Assembly: GCA_025201805.1 (NCBI GenBank)
Contig: MU619261.1
Coordinates: forward strand, 8,437 to 61,617
DNA length: 53,181 nt
Direction: 5' to 3'
From: Parasitella parasitica NRRL 2501
Taxonomy: Eukaryota; Fungi; Mucoromycota
Part shown: in pieces, positions 1 to 11,942 of the stretch
How positions within the stretch are numbered: position 1 is the first letter of the stretch
Layout of the letters: each line of letters opens with the position of its first letter
Made by a program: the position numbers and the translations under genes
The notes under the pieces: model-generated
What the model was told of the DNA's origin: nothing
What the model saw: only the letters and a program-made list of their open reading frames with translations
Database searches by the model: none

Positions 1-1
1 T

Positions 2-62
2 CCCATTTTCGTATTCGTGACCCATTTTCCTAGTAGTGGCCCATTTTTGTAATCGTGTCCCA
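2..62. repeat. Short imperfect ~19-bp tandem repeat (CCCATTTT...GTG), truncated by window start
   Basis: cccattttcgtattcgtga / cccattttcctagtagtgg / cccatttttgtaatcgtgt / ccca. Confidence 0.6.
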
Positions 63-753
63 ACTCAATTTGGAAATGACCAAAATTTATTTTCATTGGC
101 CCAACCTAGTTTCGTCAACTGTAAGGATTTACACAATCTCTCTCAAAAATGAGCTTTTGCTGTGGTGTATACTAGTCGAAATTATTCAAATTTGATGCTG
201 AATTACCATTGTAGGTATTATTTATGCAAAATACACACTTTAAGCTGGAAAACGCAAATCTTTGATAAAAAATTTTACATCATTGAAAGAAAAATCCAAT
301 AGTCTCTAAATAATTTGGCAATTTACGATGGTAGGGTAATTTGTAGAGCCTTTAGAGTAACTTTAACCATTACGAATAGGTGAACAAAAGCCAGTTTTTC
401 ATGTGGTCTAATTCTTTAAAATAACAGCTTCCAACTTTTAATAAATATAAGAAAATAGGACGTAGTTGTTTCCATTTTCTTCAGTTTTGTAACTTTTCAC
501 TTTCATTAAATAATAACTAATTCTACTTTCTTAAATGTTCTCATCATTCATTTTTTTCCCAACTGCCCACGTTGCCGGCACTCTATCCTTCATCTTGCCA
601 GATAACCTTTTATGGAAACTTCTGGGCTATTTAATCAAGTAAAGGGTCAGCACGTCATTGGCAGTTGCAAACAGTAAATTAGTAGCTTGAAATTCAGGCT
701 GATTGACTCATTTATTTTTCTTTTTCCTACAATAATGATATATAGTGGAAGAC

Positions 754-2576
754 ATGGGAAGACTACAAGACAACCAGTATTCTGCACTACAACAGTCCAC
801 ACGGAAGCGCCCCAGCACAGCAAAGAAAATTGAAGATAGGGAGAAAGATGAATCCAAACTCCAAGTAAGATAATCGAATGGTTAATACAAATCATAATCG
901 CTATAGCAATGTATTCTCCTAAATTAAATATGTAGGCTACATTTTGTCCACCTTTAGACCCTTCTTTGATTCAAGCTATTTGGAATGATTCTTTCAACTA
1001 TGCTACCTCCTTCGATATACTGTCATCTTTAGCCAAAGAAGCAGATCAAACACTTGATCAGCAAGACGTACTGGCGTCTATGGAACAGCTTGATTTAGGG
1101 AGCGAAACTACTACCACTACAGCGACTGATACTACTACAGAAAGCGAAGAGGAAAACATCAATTTTTTGTTTAATTGCTTCCCCACATTTCCATTGCAAG
1201 ATTTAGTTGACGCTCTCAAATCACAAGACAATGATATCGAAAAGGCAACAGATATTTTATTGAATCGAGAGTTCATTCAACAAGTGGAGCGCCAAGGTGA
1301 CATTATAGAGCCAAGTAAAAAGAATGGCATCAGAGTCACTCCCACAACCAAGAAGAAGGTCAAGCCCAAGCAGAAAAGCTCGACATTGTGGACATCTGGA
1401 CAATTACCCGGTGTTGGTATATCGCAAGGACATACATCAAACCCTGCTGTACAATCGCAAAATATGCGTGAAATTATGGCTCGAGAAGAAGAAGATGCAT
1501 ATGCGGACATGGCAACAATGCCATTCAACGTGTGGCATCAATACGACACTACAATTAGTAATTTAGAGCGTTATTTTCCACGAGTACCTAAATCTACAAT
1601 TGCAGCGTGTGTTCAGCATTGTCGCGGTAATGTAATTGCTTCTGTGAAATCAATCATGAAAAGACACCCTGAAGGAAAGCCAGAGCGTGAGTTGACGTGG
1701 AGTCTAATCAAAGATTCAAATCATGTCAAACAAGAATTGGAAATCATTATGGTTGATCGCACACCGGACGACATTGCTCGAGTCGCTTTAGGAGTTGTCA
1801 TTAGTTGCAAAGATCAAAACAAAACCCTGGATCAAATGGTACAGATGGGCATTGAGCACTTTTTATCCTTTGATGTCAATCAGCTGGCGTTAGAAGCTCG
1901 ATTACAGAAAATGACTAAAGAAGCTGATATGATTCGAGCTAAACAAAAGAAACAAAATGTACCTGTGATACCGGAGTACTTACTCATCCATAATAAAAGA
2001 GACTATACTGAGGATGATCCGGAAGAATGCCGTGACATTGCCATGCAACTGATTATGGAACGAAATGAGTTGTTTAGAAAGGCGGCAGCAGCTTATCGAC
2101 AAGCTAAAAACAAAGGTCCTGGCGAAGGCGGCGTTGCTTTTTTTTATTCTGATAATGCAAGGCAAATTGATAGTAGAGCAAAAGATTGGAATATGAGAGC
2201 TGCGAGAGCCACTGTTCGTGGACATAGATTAAGGCAAAATGATGATCATTTGTTGGATTTACATGGGTTAACGGTAGCTGAAGCACAAGTAGTGGTAAGA
2301 GAAGGTGTAAATCAATGGTATTCTAGAAGCCAGATGCAGTCTTGTAAGTCTTTTTCTCGAACCTCTATCTGTCGTATCGGTAACATTGTAAATGTAGCAC
2401 GTCGTCAATGCAGATCTTTAAAGATTATTACTGGTGTTGGTAAACATTCGCAATATGGAGAATCTAAACTATTACCCTCTACACTAAAGATTTTGAGACA
2501 AGAAGGCTGGTTATTCGATATGCCAAATCCTGGCTGTATTTTTGTAAAAGGTGCCAAGCCAACCAATAGTAAATAG
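754..2576 (+). CDS. CUE-domain / DUF1771 / Smr-domain protein (Cue2/N4BP2-like RNA quality-control endonuclease)
   Basis: Exon 1 754-864 (MGRLQ...KLQ), intron 865-935 (gtaaga..tag), then ATFCPPLDPSLIQ in frame with ORF 966..2576. CUE-like motifs (FLFNCFPT..DIEKATDILL; LERYFP). Smr motifs LDLHGL and LKIITGVGKHS. In-frame 54-nt intron 2344-2397. Confidence 0.85.
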
Positions 2577-2682
2577 TTTGTGGCTTTTTGTGATTATGGC
2601 ATATGTAATCTACCTTCCTCTTATTTTTATAACTAAAGCACTCTTTTTGTCTCTTTATAATCTTTTTTTCTTTGATTCTTCA

Positions 2683-3954
2683 ATGTCTCTTTTACTAACG
2701 AAAATCTGTCATTATGCTTTATTAGTCGCCATAGAGGATGGAGAGCAATTCAGAGCACAAAGTGATAAAGATGTGTATGTCACATCTCGACTAAATATAA
2801 TACTTCCGCGCCAAGTAGATGATTTAATACCCTTCAATACGCGGCTTTCGACCAGACCAACTGCACTTTCGAAAAAGCCTCAATGGAGAACAACGCTCAT
2901 TTACTATATATCCAACCAAATATTATCTCGGCTCAAAAACAGTGAGGCCACATTGGATGTACTTAGTTTGTCAGAAGACTGTAGACAAGAAAAGTTAGGA
3001 TCAGTTACATTAAACATACAAGATGCAAAAAGCGTCCTTATGCGAAAGGGCAGTCGAGACATCTCACAAATTCAGCAATTTGTTGTTGATAAAGGCGACT
3101 GGATACCTATCCATGGAGGCACAGGAACAGGAAAGATCAAAGCAGGTTTATTTATTGTTGAGATGCCACATAGCACAGACAACAACAACTTTAGTGGGAA
3201 TAAGGAATTCGGAACACCGCTACAGATGCCAGTGCGATTCAATCAGAACAATAAAAGTAATATGGGAGAACTAGGATTGGAAATATGTTCTGATATGAGT
3301 GATCTATTCATCAACCTGAACGGAGACGAAGACCAGGAGCAGCAAGAGGAATCAATACTCGACTACCAAGAGTCTGATGGCGAGGTAGAGCAAGAGGAAG
3401 AAATATGCATAGCTATTGGATCAGGAACAGATAGATTTGGGTTTCTTTTTCGAATTATCCAAGCAAAACATATATCCTCAATATTAAACCAGTATTCAGA
3501 CATTGAAGAAGCATATTTCTATTATCAATTTGGAAATAGAGAGTATCAGTGTTTCGCTGAACAAGACCACGATAATTGGAGAGCTACCGAGTACCATGCT
3601 AATGTGCTACTTCAGGGTGATTTGCAAGATATCACAGACTGGTTATCCGAGCAGGATTCTATGGAGGTGTTTCTAGTTGTGAAGCAATCAAATCAAGAGG
3701 AAGATGTAATCATTGGAAAATCAAAAGTGTTCCTGAAGAAGAGAGACATTGGAATTTCACAACAATCCACTGTTATATATGACACAGATAAAACATGGCA
3801 TATCAATACGGAGAAGCAGTTTGCTCAATTACAATTGCAAATAGGCTTGACTAGAGGCTGGGAAACCATAGAAGATATTGGAAACCTCTCTAAGCATAAA
3901 TATGGGTATCCTAACCAAGACTGTATCTTTGATAACAATAGTGAAGTATTTTAA
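2683..3954 (+). CDS. Tandem C2-domain protein resembling CEP120 N-terminus (DUF3668-like)
   Basis: Likely start MSLLLTK at 2683. Two beta-rich domains (LLVAIEDGEQF..LSTRP..PQWRTTLIY..EKLGSVTLNI..WIPI; IAIG..TDRFGFLFRIIQAKHI..YFYYQFG) separated by an acidic linker. Resemblance recognised from memory only. Confidence 0.55.
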   Translation: MSLLLTKICHYALLVAIEDGEQFRAQSDKDVYVTSRLNIILPRQVDDLIPFNTRLSTRPTALSKKPQWRTTLIYYISNQILSRLKNSEATLDVLSLSEDCRQEKLGSVTLNIQDAKSVLMRKGSRDISQIQQFVVDKGDWIPIHGGTGTGKIKAGLFIVEMPHSTDNNNFSGNKEFGTPLQMPVRFNQNNKSNMGELGLEICSDMSDLFINLNGDEDQEQQEESILDYQESDGEVEQEEEICIAIGSGTDRFGFLFRIIQAKHISSILNQYSDIEEAYFYYQFGNREYQCFAEQDHDNWRATEYHANVLLQGDLQDITDWLSEQDSMEVFLVVKQSNQEEDVIIGKSKVFLKKRDIGISQQSTVIYDTDKTWHINTEKQFAQLQLQIGLTRGWETIEDIGNLSKHKYGYPNQDCIFDNNSEVF

Positions 3955-4487
3955 TATCGCTTTTGGTTGCCAAACTTATCACGTGACCTGATAGTGATGC
4001 AGTTACCAATACAAATAGGTTTTATTCACTTCAATTGCAAGATACCGTATAATAAAATTCGCTAAAGCATAGATCGAAATTAAATAGAAATTCGCGAGAA
4101 CAAGGTAGAGACACATATTGAAGGCCTGACTGTATATAAAAGAAGAAAAGGAGCTATTAGTGAGAAGATCGTTGGCAACATCACCGAACATTGGGCAATG
4201 CGTCTTAGCATTTAATGATGAAGAAATGTATTCCCAACCCGAGTTGTATTAGCCATGAATACATATCATCCAATCAAAGATGTGTCAAAATGTTTAAATC
4301 CGGGAATTAAACCAGAAAATCACTGAGTGAAAATAACAATCTCGAATTTACCTTGAAAATACAGTAACACTCATTCAGTGTTGGTGGTTTTACTGCCGGT
4401 AGTGCCTGTTGCTTTTTAAATATAGCTGTTATATTGAACTTTTCACATTTCTCTCTCCTTTTTCTTTCATACTTCTCTCTCAAGAAA

Positions 4488-5978
4488 ATGCTCATAACCT
4501 CATCACACACCATCGATTTATCTCCTTCTATTCGGAAAAAAGGGTTTCGCCAGCGGCAGGTGTCTAATTCCAATTCGCATTTCAAGCAGGCATTGTACAG
4601 AAACAGTAGAGTACATCGCATTACTTTGGGAAGTCAGCTAAGAGAATCAAACATACAAATAAATACTTGGAATTCTATCGATTTAAAACTGGTGACAGAG
4701 TTAGGTCTACCTGCTCAAATACCCAACTCTGGGGGATTTCCTGTAACATGTCAATTATTACAATTAAAACAAGGCCAATATTTTGCTCTTTCGCAAACTA
4801 ATTTCGTGGAATGTCGCTCATCTGGAGAAGAAGAAGCCGATTCTTGGTGTCAGCAAACATCTACTTCCGAAAACGACGAGTCATTTTCTTTTCAAAATAG
4901 CAACAACAACTTGATGAAGCTTCAGTATAAAATTTACGGGTCCTTATCCAACGTCAAGAAGGAATTTTATCTCCTTTTTGAACCAAATCAGTCCGAAAGA
5001 GAACGTATGAATTCAAAGGACAGAAGTCCTCTTTCTTTATGCTTGGGACCTTTTCAACTCTGCTGTCAAGAACCAGACGGTTTACAAGTGCAGCCATTAG
5101 TCATGTGGAATGATCATCCAAAAAATGCGGTAAACATGTATAGAGCTCTACCATTACCAAGACAAAGCCATTACATTTTGTTTCAAGAACTATGGGACAA
5201 CGGTACACCAGGAAAATTATGGGATTCAGCGTTGGTTATGAATCATGTCTTTAATACCCTGGCAGAAGTGGATAAGCATTATCTGTGTGGACGTCGAATC
5301 ATGGATCTGAGCGCAGGGTAACTAAAAACTATACAACACATTGACACTTTATTTTAAACAGTTTCAAAATTGATCAGCATTGGTGCTATCGGATTGACCA
5401 TTGCGCAAACATCACAAATTAACAATATACCGAATCCACCTCAAATTGTAATGACTGACCTGGAAGAAGCATTGCCTCTGATGAAATGCAACCAGCAGCT
5501 CAACAACATTCCAGAGACAGCTGTTGTATCCATTCAACGATTAGAGTGGGGCTCTGTGGACGATATCAATCAAGTTATGAAAGGCCATCGTCCCTTTGAT
5601 TATATCCTGATTTCAGATGTCCTTTACAATACCAAGGATTTTCCCGTTCTTATCAGCACTTTTAGACAGTTGGTAGAGAAGAATAGACATACGGTGATAA
5701 TCATGGGGTACAAACCTCGAGGCTTGAAGCAAAGTGAAGAGGATTTGTTTTTTGATGAATGTAGATATCATTTGAGACTAGAAACTTTGGATCTCGAGTC
5801 TTTTGCTAGAGTATTTTTTGATCAATCCCCAAGTACAGATAAAAAAGTAGCTTTTCTGAAGAAGAGCAAATTATTGCAAATGACAGGTGTTTGCCTGTAC
5901 AAAATTACCCACAAGAAGAGCAAATTTCGAATGAATTATCTCAGTAATAATACCACTCTAAATAATTTCAACCACTAA
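4488..5978 (+). CDS. Class I SAM-dependent protein lysine methyltransferase (METTL21/Methyltransf_16 family) with N-terminal extension
   Basis: GKLWDSA; motif I IMDLSAG|IGAIGL joined across intron 5318-5377; MTDL; LEWG; FDYILISDVLY. Confidence 0.85.
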
Positions 5979-7023
5979 TCAACGTATGATAATAAAACCA
6001 AACATCCCATCCAGAATATACGTTATACTCATTGATTCGTAAACGCAAAGCAAAAAATTGTATTCCCCCATAAATCAGTCAAAGAAACATATATTTTATT
6101 ATTCTTTCTGGTCAAAGTTACTTTCTTGAACCAGCATTCAAGGCAATCTTGTAATACAGCAATGCCCCACGCTTTGTAAAGTGTTCATAACTGTCATTTC
6201 GAACGAATATACATCATAGGAAAAGATCATCATTGTTAAGAATATATAGCATTCTTTATGTCAGGCTATGCAAACAAACTTTATGATGACGATTTCCATG
6301 CCTTGATTTAGATGTTTTCATTTGGCGAAATCACAAGATTCATCATATGCAGACATATGGTTTTAGAAAAGACATTATATATACATCTACCAACATTTCC
6401 CTCTAAAGCTATGTAAGGTAAGAGAATCCCAACAAATGGTTCGATTAAGGTTAGTGAAGAAGTCGTTGATATTCTATGATTAAGGGACATTAATGGCATT
6501 AATTTTTTCGCATATGCTGCAATTCCATTCATGAATATAAAATCGTTCTGCAACAAGGTTTTGCGTAATAAAAGAAGATGTCAAATCGAAAAAGGTAGAC
6601 TATTTTTACCAAGAATTTAATAAGTAATATAGTGGAAGGTTTACAGCAAACAGCTCTTGTTGAAAACATTTTGTAAAGTAGTGATATAATATGGATACTT
6701 CTTTTCGTCCTGTATAATAAGGAAGCCTAAGACACTACTGTCGTTATTAAACTCATCCAAATGCAATTTCTATATAATGTTTTTGTTATAAAACCCATTA
6801 CACTATGGCCCGGGCTTTTGTACCACTTGGCTTTGCAGGATAGCAAATTATTAGTTAGGAGGAAGGTTGATTAATTGATCCCGGGGAATGTGGAGGGTGA
6901 TGCATGTAGTGCAATGCTTAATTTATGACACTTTCGGTATAAATTGGCATAATGCGTATATTATATATATATATATTGCGCAAATTATCTTGATAGATAC
7001 GATCTCTGCACGGCTAGATATAC

Positions 7024-7572
7024 ATGACTTACAGCAAAAAAAGACCCAATACATGGAATCCTGGTAGTTCAACCAAGAAAACATCCTCACTTACTAGAGT
7101 GAAACGATGGAAATCACAACAAAAAAAAAGGTCCAGCAGGTCGAGCGCTGTTACTAATGATCGACACACAGTAATTACGATTTCTACACTCACATACAGC
7201 AATAAAAATTCGATATATTGGCATCACCAACAGGAAAATGATCATCGGCAAAACTCGCCTGATGTTTTCCACACTCAGTCGCTTCTGTTCCTATTTGGGT
7301 TTTTGTTCTTTCCTCTGTGGTGGATCGGTGGCTATTGCATAAAGTTTATTACAAATGATATAGAAGCATCAACAATCATTATTCACCCTTCCATGATTGC
7401 AAACGGTAAAACATCATCCAAGTTACTTTATTCGCGATATAAATTTACAAAGGATCCTTGCTTTGACGAGATTCTATTCTTTCATACATGCAACAGATTT
7501 ATGAGTATTTTCTCGATTTTTTTAGTTTTAATCGTTACATCCATGTTAGTCTGGTATTTCACACTGATTTAA
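7024..7572 (+). CDS. Small hypothetical membrane protein (2-3 TM)
   Basis: 182-aa ORF with basic N-terminus, hydrophobic LLFLFGFLFFPLWWIGG segment and C-terminal TM segment. Confidence 0.6.
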   Translation: MTYSKKRPNTWNPGSSTKKTSSLTRVKRWKSQQKKRSSRSSAVTNDRHTVITISTLTYSNKNSIYWHHQQENDHRQNSPDVFHTQSLLFLFGFLFFPLWWIGGYCIKFITNDIEASTIIIHPSMIANGKTSSKLLYSRYKFTKDPCFDEILFFHTCNRFMSIFSIFLVLIVTSMLVWYFTLI

Positions 7573-8077
7573 TCGCTCTTTTATCTTTCTAAATCATAAA
7601 CACGTTATCATGATTAAAGCGGTATTTATTTCAGGCAATAAATAGTTTTGATGAATGACATATATGGCGGGTGAAAACTGTATTTAACCTCCTCGGTAAA
7701 AAGGTCAATGAGTTAGGGCGGTTTATTATTAAAACTAATCTGTTGATTCATTATTGATTGGAGAAGTGATAGGAGTTGCATCTGATATGTTATTTGCAGT
7801 AATGGCAACAGTTATAGGTGCTGTCAGATTAGTGTCGGTATTAAACGTAACGGTTGCTGCTGTTGAGACTGTCGTAATAATGGAAAGGGATATAGGTGGA
7901 AAAATGCCATTCAATAGCTGCTGAAGATAGTTGTTGGTCCTGACTATAAAAGAATGGCTCGTATCTCTCATGTGAGTAAGGATGCGCATAGTAGCTATTG
8001 ACTAAAGAAGAGCGATCAGCACTAGAAAACCGCTTTTGATAGAACGAAGTGTCAAACGACGGAAGTGGAATTCTCTG

Positions 8078-9818
8078 CTATGGGTGTAAAAGTGCATTTT
8101 CTGCCGCCGTTTCAACAGGCCTGGTTTGAGGCCTTACTCCAGGTTGCTTGTGTTGACTGTAAGCACCTACAGCGTTGTAAGAAGAGGCAGTGTATTTGGT
8201 AACGATCTTTTTGAGAGCGTATGGCAGCGTCTTCCAAGGAAACACTTTGACGTCCTTTTCAATGTTGCGAGGTTTGGGATTAGGGAAGCTCATGATGAGC
8301 TTAAAGAAGTCAGCACTTTCAGCTTTGCATTTGCTAACATTCAAAGGACGGAACCCTTCCAAATTTCTGCGGATGCGATTCTTTTCTTCCACACTGAATT
8401 TGATATCCATCAGACATTCAAGCAGATAAATACAGTCGACAGAGGTAATGAAAAAATCATTGCGCTCCATCCAATATATACACGAAATTACAATGTTGCC
8501 GCTGTTGGAGGCATGTTCTCCTTGCGGAACTGGCTGGAAAGTAGCAGTGATTTTGTTACCGTGTTCTTCACGCCAAAATTGGACGAGACGACGGCGATAA
8601 CCCCATTCTTCAGAAGCCCAGCTTTTAGCCATAGCATCTAAATCGCCCATGATGTCAAAGTTGGCAAGACTGACGAGGCCGGGATAAGGTTGATAATTGA
8701 CTGAAGAAATGGTAGGTACATGCGTAGCTGGTTTGAATCCAAACACAGAAGTGCGGTTATTGTGGATGTGATGTTGACGAGATCTACCAGTAGAGTGAAC
8801 GGCATTGGCGATAGAGGTATAGACATATGGCATGGGCGATATGGATGCAGAAGGGGCAGCAGAAGCAGTAGTAACAACTTGTTTTAATCCACCAGTAAGC
8901 GTAATGGTAAACCTTCCATCACCGATTGAAGAGAAAAGGCCAAGACCAGCTGAGTTGCTATGCTGTTGTTGGGGCCGTGCGTGCTGGGCATATTCTGGAA
9001 TGAGAAAAATGTGTGAATTAATAACGATAAACTATAAAGAGCTCCAGAAATACTTTACTGTCAACAAATATGCCAGGTTGACCTTGAGTAGCTGCATGCT
9101 GCTGCTGATAAGCAACAGTGTAGGGCTGGTAACCTAATCCGTTGTACGGTGATGAGTTTCCAGCGGCAGGTGAATAGAAGCTTTGATAAGCAGTGATTGA
9201 CGAATTCAGAAAGTCATTGTTATCTGCCGTCGAAGATGAGAAATTAGATGAGATATGCATTGAGCCTCAACATACTTACCTTTGGGCTGATAAGAACAGG
9301 TATCCTGGTGGTAAGTTTGGCCAGTAGCAGAGATGTTAAGAAGAGAAACACCAGGACTACGTATTTCGTTCACCCCATCGAAATTAAAATCTGCTACAAT
9401 CCATGTTTTTGTCACCATGTTCGCATCCAAGAAGCAAATGCTGATAGGCACATTGGGTGTGGAATGATGAGTCTGCTGGAATGGAGGCACAGTCGCTACC
9501 AAAGAGGTAATGTCATGGGCCTGCAATTGTTTAGTATCCACCATCAGACTGTTGAATGCTAATTTGGCAGGAATATGAGGAGGCATTCTTTGAACAACAA
9601 CAGTAACAATTGTTCCTTCATTGCCTCGAGTAGGAGATAGCTCAATTAATTTGGGTCCTTGCAGTACACTGCTTTCACTCTTTTGCAGCAGTAGCTGCTG
9701 CTGATCTTCTGCCACAGATGGCCATTTCTTCTGAGGCTCCAGGCCAGAAGCTAAAAGGACAGTGGGAACTAATCAAAAAGCTGATAAGTATACTATTGAT
9801 ACTAGTTGATGCGTTCAT
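8078..9818 (-). CDS. Medusa (MedA/ACON-3)-like developmental regulator with N-terminal IPT/TIG-like domain
   Basis: Conserved ISCIYW..FITSVDCIYLLE..FSVEEKNRIRRNLEGF..PKPRNIEKDVKVFPW. ATG 9818; introns ~9802-9751, 9279-9224 and ~9056-8995. A further intron may extend the 3' end to ~7840 or lower. Confidence 0.8.
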
Positions 9819-10486
9819 ATTTACGATCTGATAAAGCATTATTATGCATTTCTGAACAAAAAATGTTAGACGTGGAACATGCCAGACAATTTCTCAGGTT
9901 ACCTGAAACTAGCAAAAATATTCGATGAATGTAAAACAAATGCGAAAAAGAAGAAAGGAAAATGAGAAACGTATCATAGATTTTACTTCTTATCTTTTCC
10001 AAAATAAGGTGGAAAAACGGTCCAAAATCTGACAGGATATTGAGTATCGCCTTCGAATAGCTTAATTATGCATGTCATTTCATGTTGATTGACCAAGTTT
10101 CATAGCATCAAAATCACACGTAGAATTTCAACTGTTTTTTGGTTTATTATTGTAGACTTTGATTTAATATGTATAAATTATGTATGAGCGTACAAGTTGG
10201 TCCATTCCTTGGCTAGCTTATGTTAGTCGTATACCGACAATCAGACAGGTTGAGCTCACTTACCTCTGCCAATGGCTTCCTTTTCGTTCTCTTTCCAATG
10301 AGAAGCAACGTCGTTTGCCAATGGATCATCTGGATTGGGTGCAGACAATAAAGCTTGTATAGAAAGAAGGACAGTGCGAATTTGTAGAGCAGGAGACCAC
10401 TTGTCTGAAAGAAATCATCAATGTTTCCTCCTCTTTCGAGAAACTACATTCTCCCTCCCTCTAACCTCCTCCTGTATCCCTAATTA

Positions 10487-10681
<195 letters not shown>

Positions 10682-11179
10682 TTACCTTCAAAAGGAGATT
10701 GTTGAGGACCAGCGATAATCACATCGAAATAGCGTAAATTATCTTCGTGAGGCGTTGCGCTGATGCCAGGAGCAGGGTCAGCTAATAAACGCTCGCTTTC
10801 CTATTTTATTGACACATTCACGTAATACATATAAGCACAAACAACTCTGAACCCCTGTATAACAAATAATGGATTCTTACTTTAACAATTCTTTTGGGAA
10901 GAGAAGACATTTACGGTACTCGATTAAAGTAGTGGGAATAAAGAAAAAAAGAGAGAGGAAAAGGAACAATACGACGAGCCAGTTACGTAAAGTCGTTCCA
11001 AAGTCAAGAGCGGTGCTTAAAAGCGGGCAATAATTTTTTTCAGAGGACGGTTTTTTAGTGGTATCTGGAGTTAGAATGACCAATGGAATTGCTATATATT
11101 CAACCTTCGAAGCGTATTCCGAAAGATATTCAATCTCCCAGGCTTAAGTATTTAATTTAAGAAAGCGTATTTGGAAATA

Positions 11180-11367
11180 CAGTGTTTCTACTTTAAATTC
11201 AGACGATGTTAATTTTTTTCTGGACGAATTGAAATTAATATTTAGACAAATAGCTTACCTATTTTGGAAACCAAAATAATTATTTCCAGATAAAAAAGAA
11301 ATTATTTTAGACGAATCAGATTTAATTATTGGACCATTATCTTACCTATTGTGGAAAAAGTAAAAAT
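11180..11367 (+). repeat. Left terminal inverted repeat (with internal ~87-bp tandem subrepeats extending to ~11410)
   Basis: cagtgtttctactttaaattcagacgatg...ggaaaaagtaaaaat is the reverse complement of 14796-14983; CTTACCTATT(T/G)TGGAAA recurs at 11254 and 11341. Confidence 0.95.
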
Positions 11368-11942
11368 TATTGTACAGATAAAAAAGGAAATTAGTTTGGA
11401 CAAATCAAAAGCTAATTTCTTTATATCAATGGATATTTTCATCAATAATCATTGTAAATTATTAGACTTAATTCGTGGATTATCTGAAGCAAAATTAGTA
11501 AATATTCATATGCTGTTTCATACGTGCTCCAACTAATAGTTGGATCCAAACTCTATTCTACTGTTGAGATAGATATATAATAAATAAAACAAAACGAAAT
11601 GAAAAGCCAGTAAATTCCAATAATCTTGTTCAATTACAAAAGCTTCTATTCAAACAGTCTGATGTGCTAGACATTGTTGTTTTCGAGATGTTTAATAAAA
11701 GACAAGCTGCTTCTTTGCTTAAGATAAACCAATATGGAAAACTGCCTTTATGAGCCCACGTGGTATGTAGACGAAGCCTTTTCTACTTTGGTGATGAGGA
11801 TAATCAATAGTAAATTGTTTTGATTTTGTCAATAAATCAGTCTTTGTAGTTTGAACTAAAGTTTCATCGGTCCGTCGAATTTCTAAAAGAAGACCTAGAA
11901 TATCTTTCAACATTTCTTTTCTCATCTACATTAATAAAAGTT

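Noticed and set aside
2551-2682. ORF-track N-terminal extension overlapping the CUE/Smr gene end
   Set aside because: GTG start and T-rich UTR-like sequence; ATG 2683 is the more plausible start.
11109-11180. Short duplicated AAGCGTATT motif just left of the transposon
   Set aside because: Only 9 bp, outside the TIR, with no counterpart at the right end; likely chance.
11205-11410. Regularly spaced repeats near a Cas12-like nuclease as a CRISPR array
   Set aside because: The intervening sequences are themselves homologous (tandem units within a TIR), not unique spacers.
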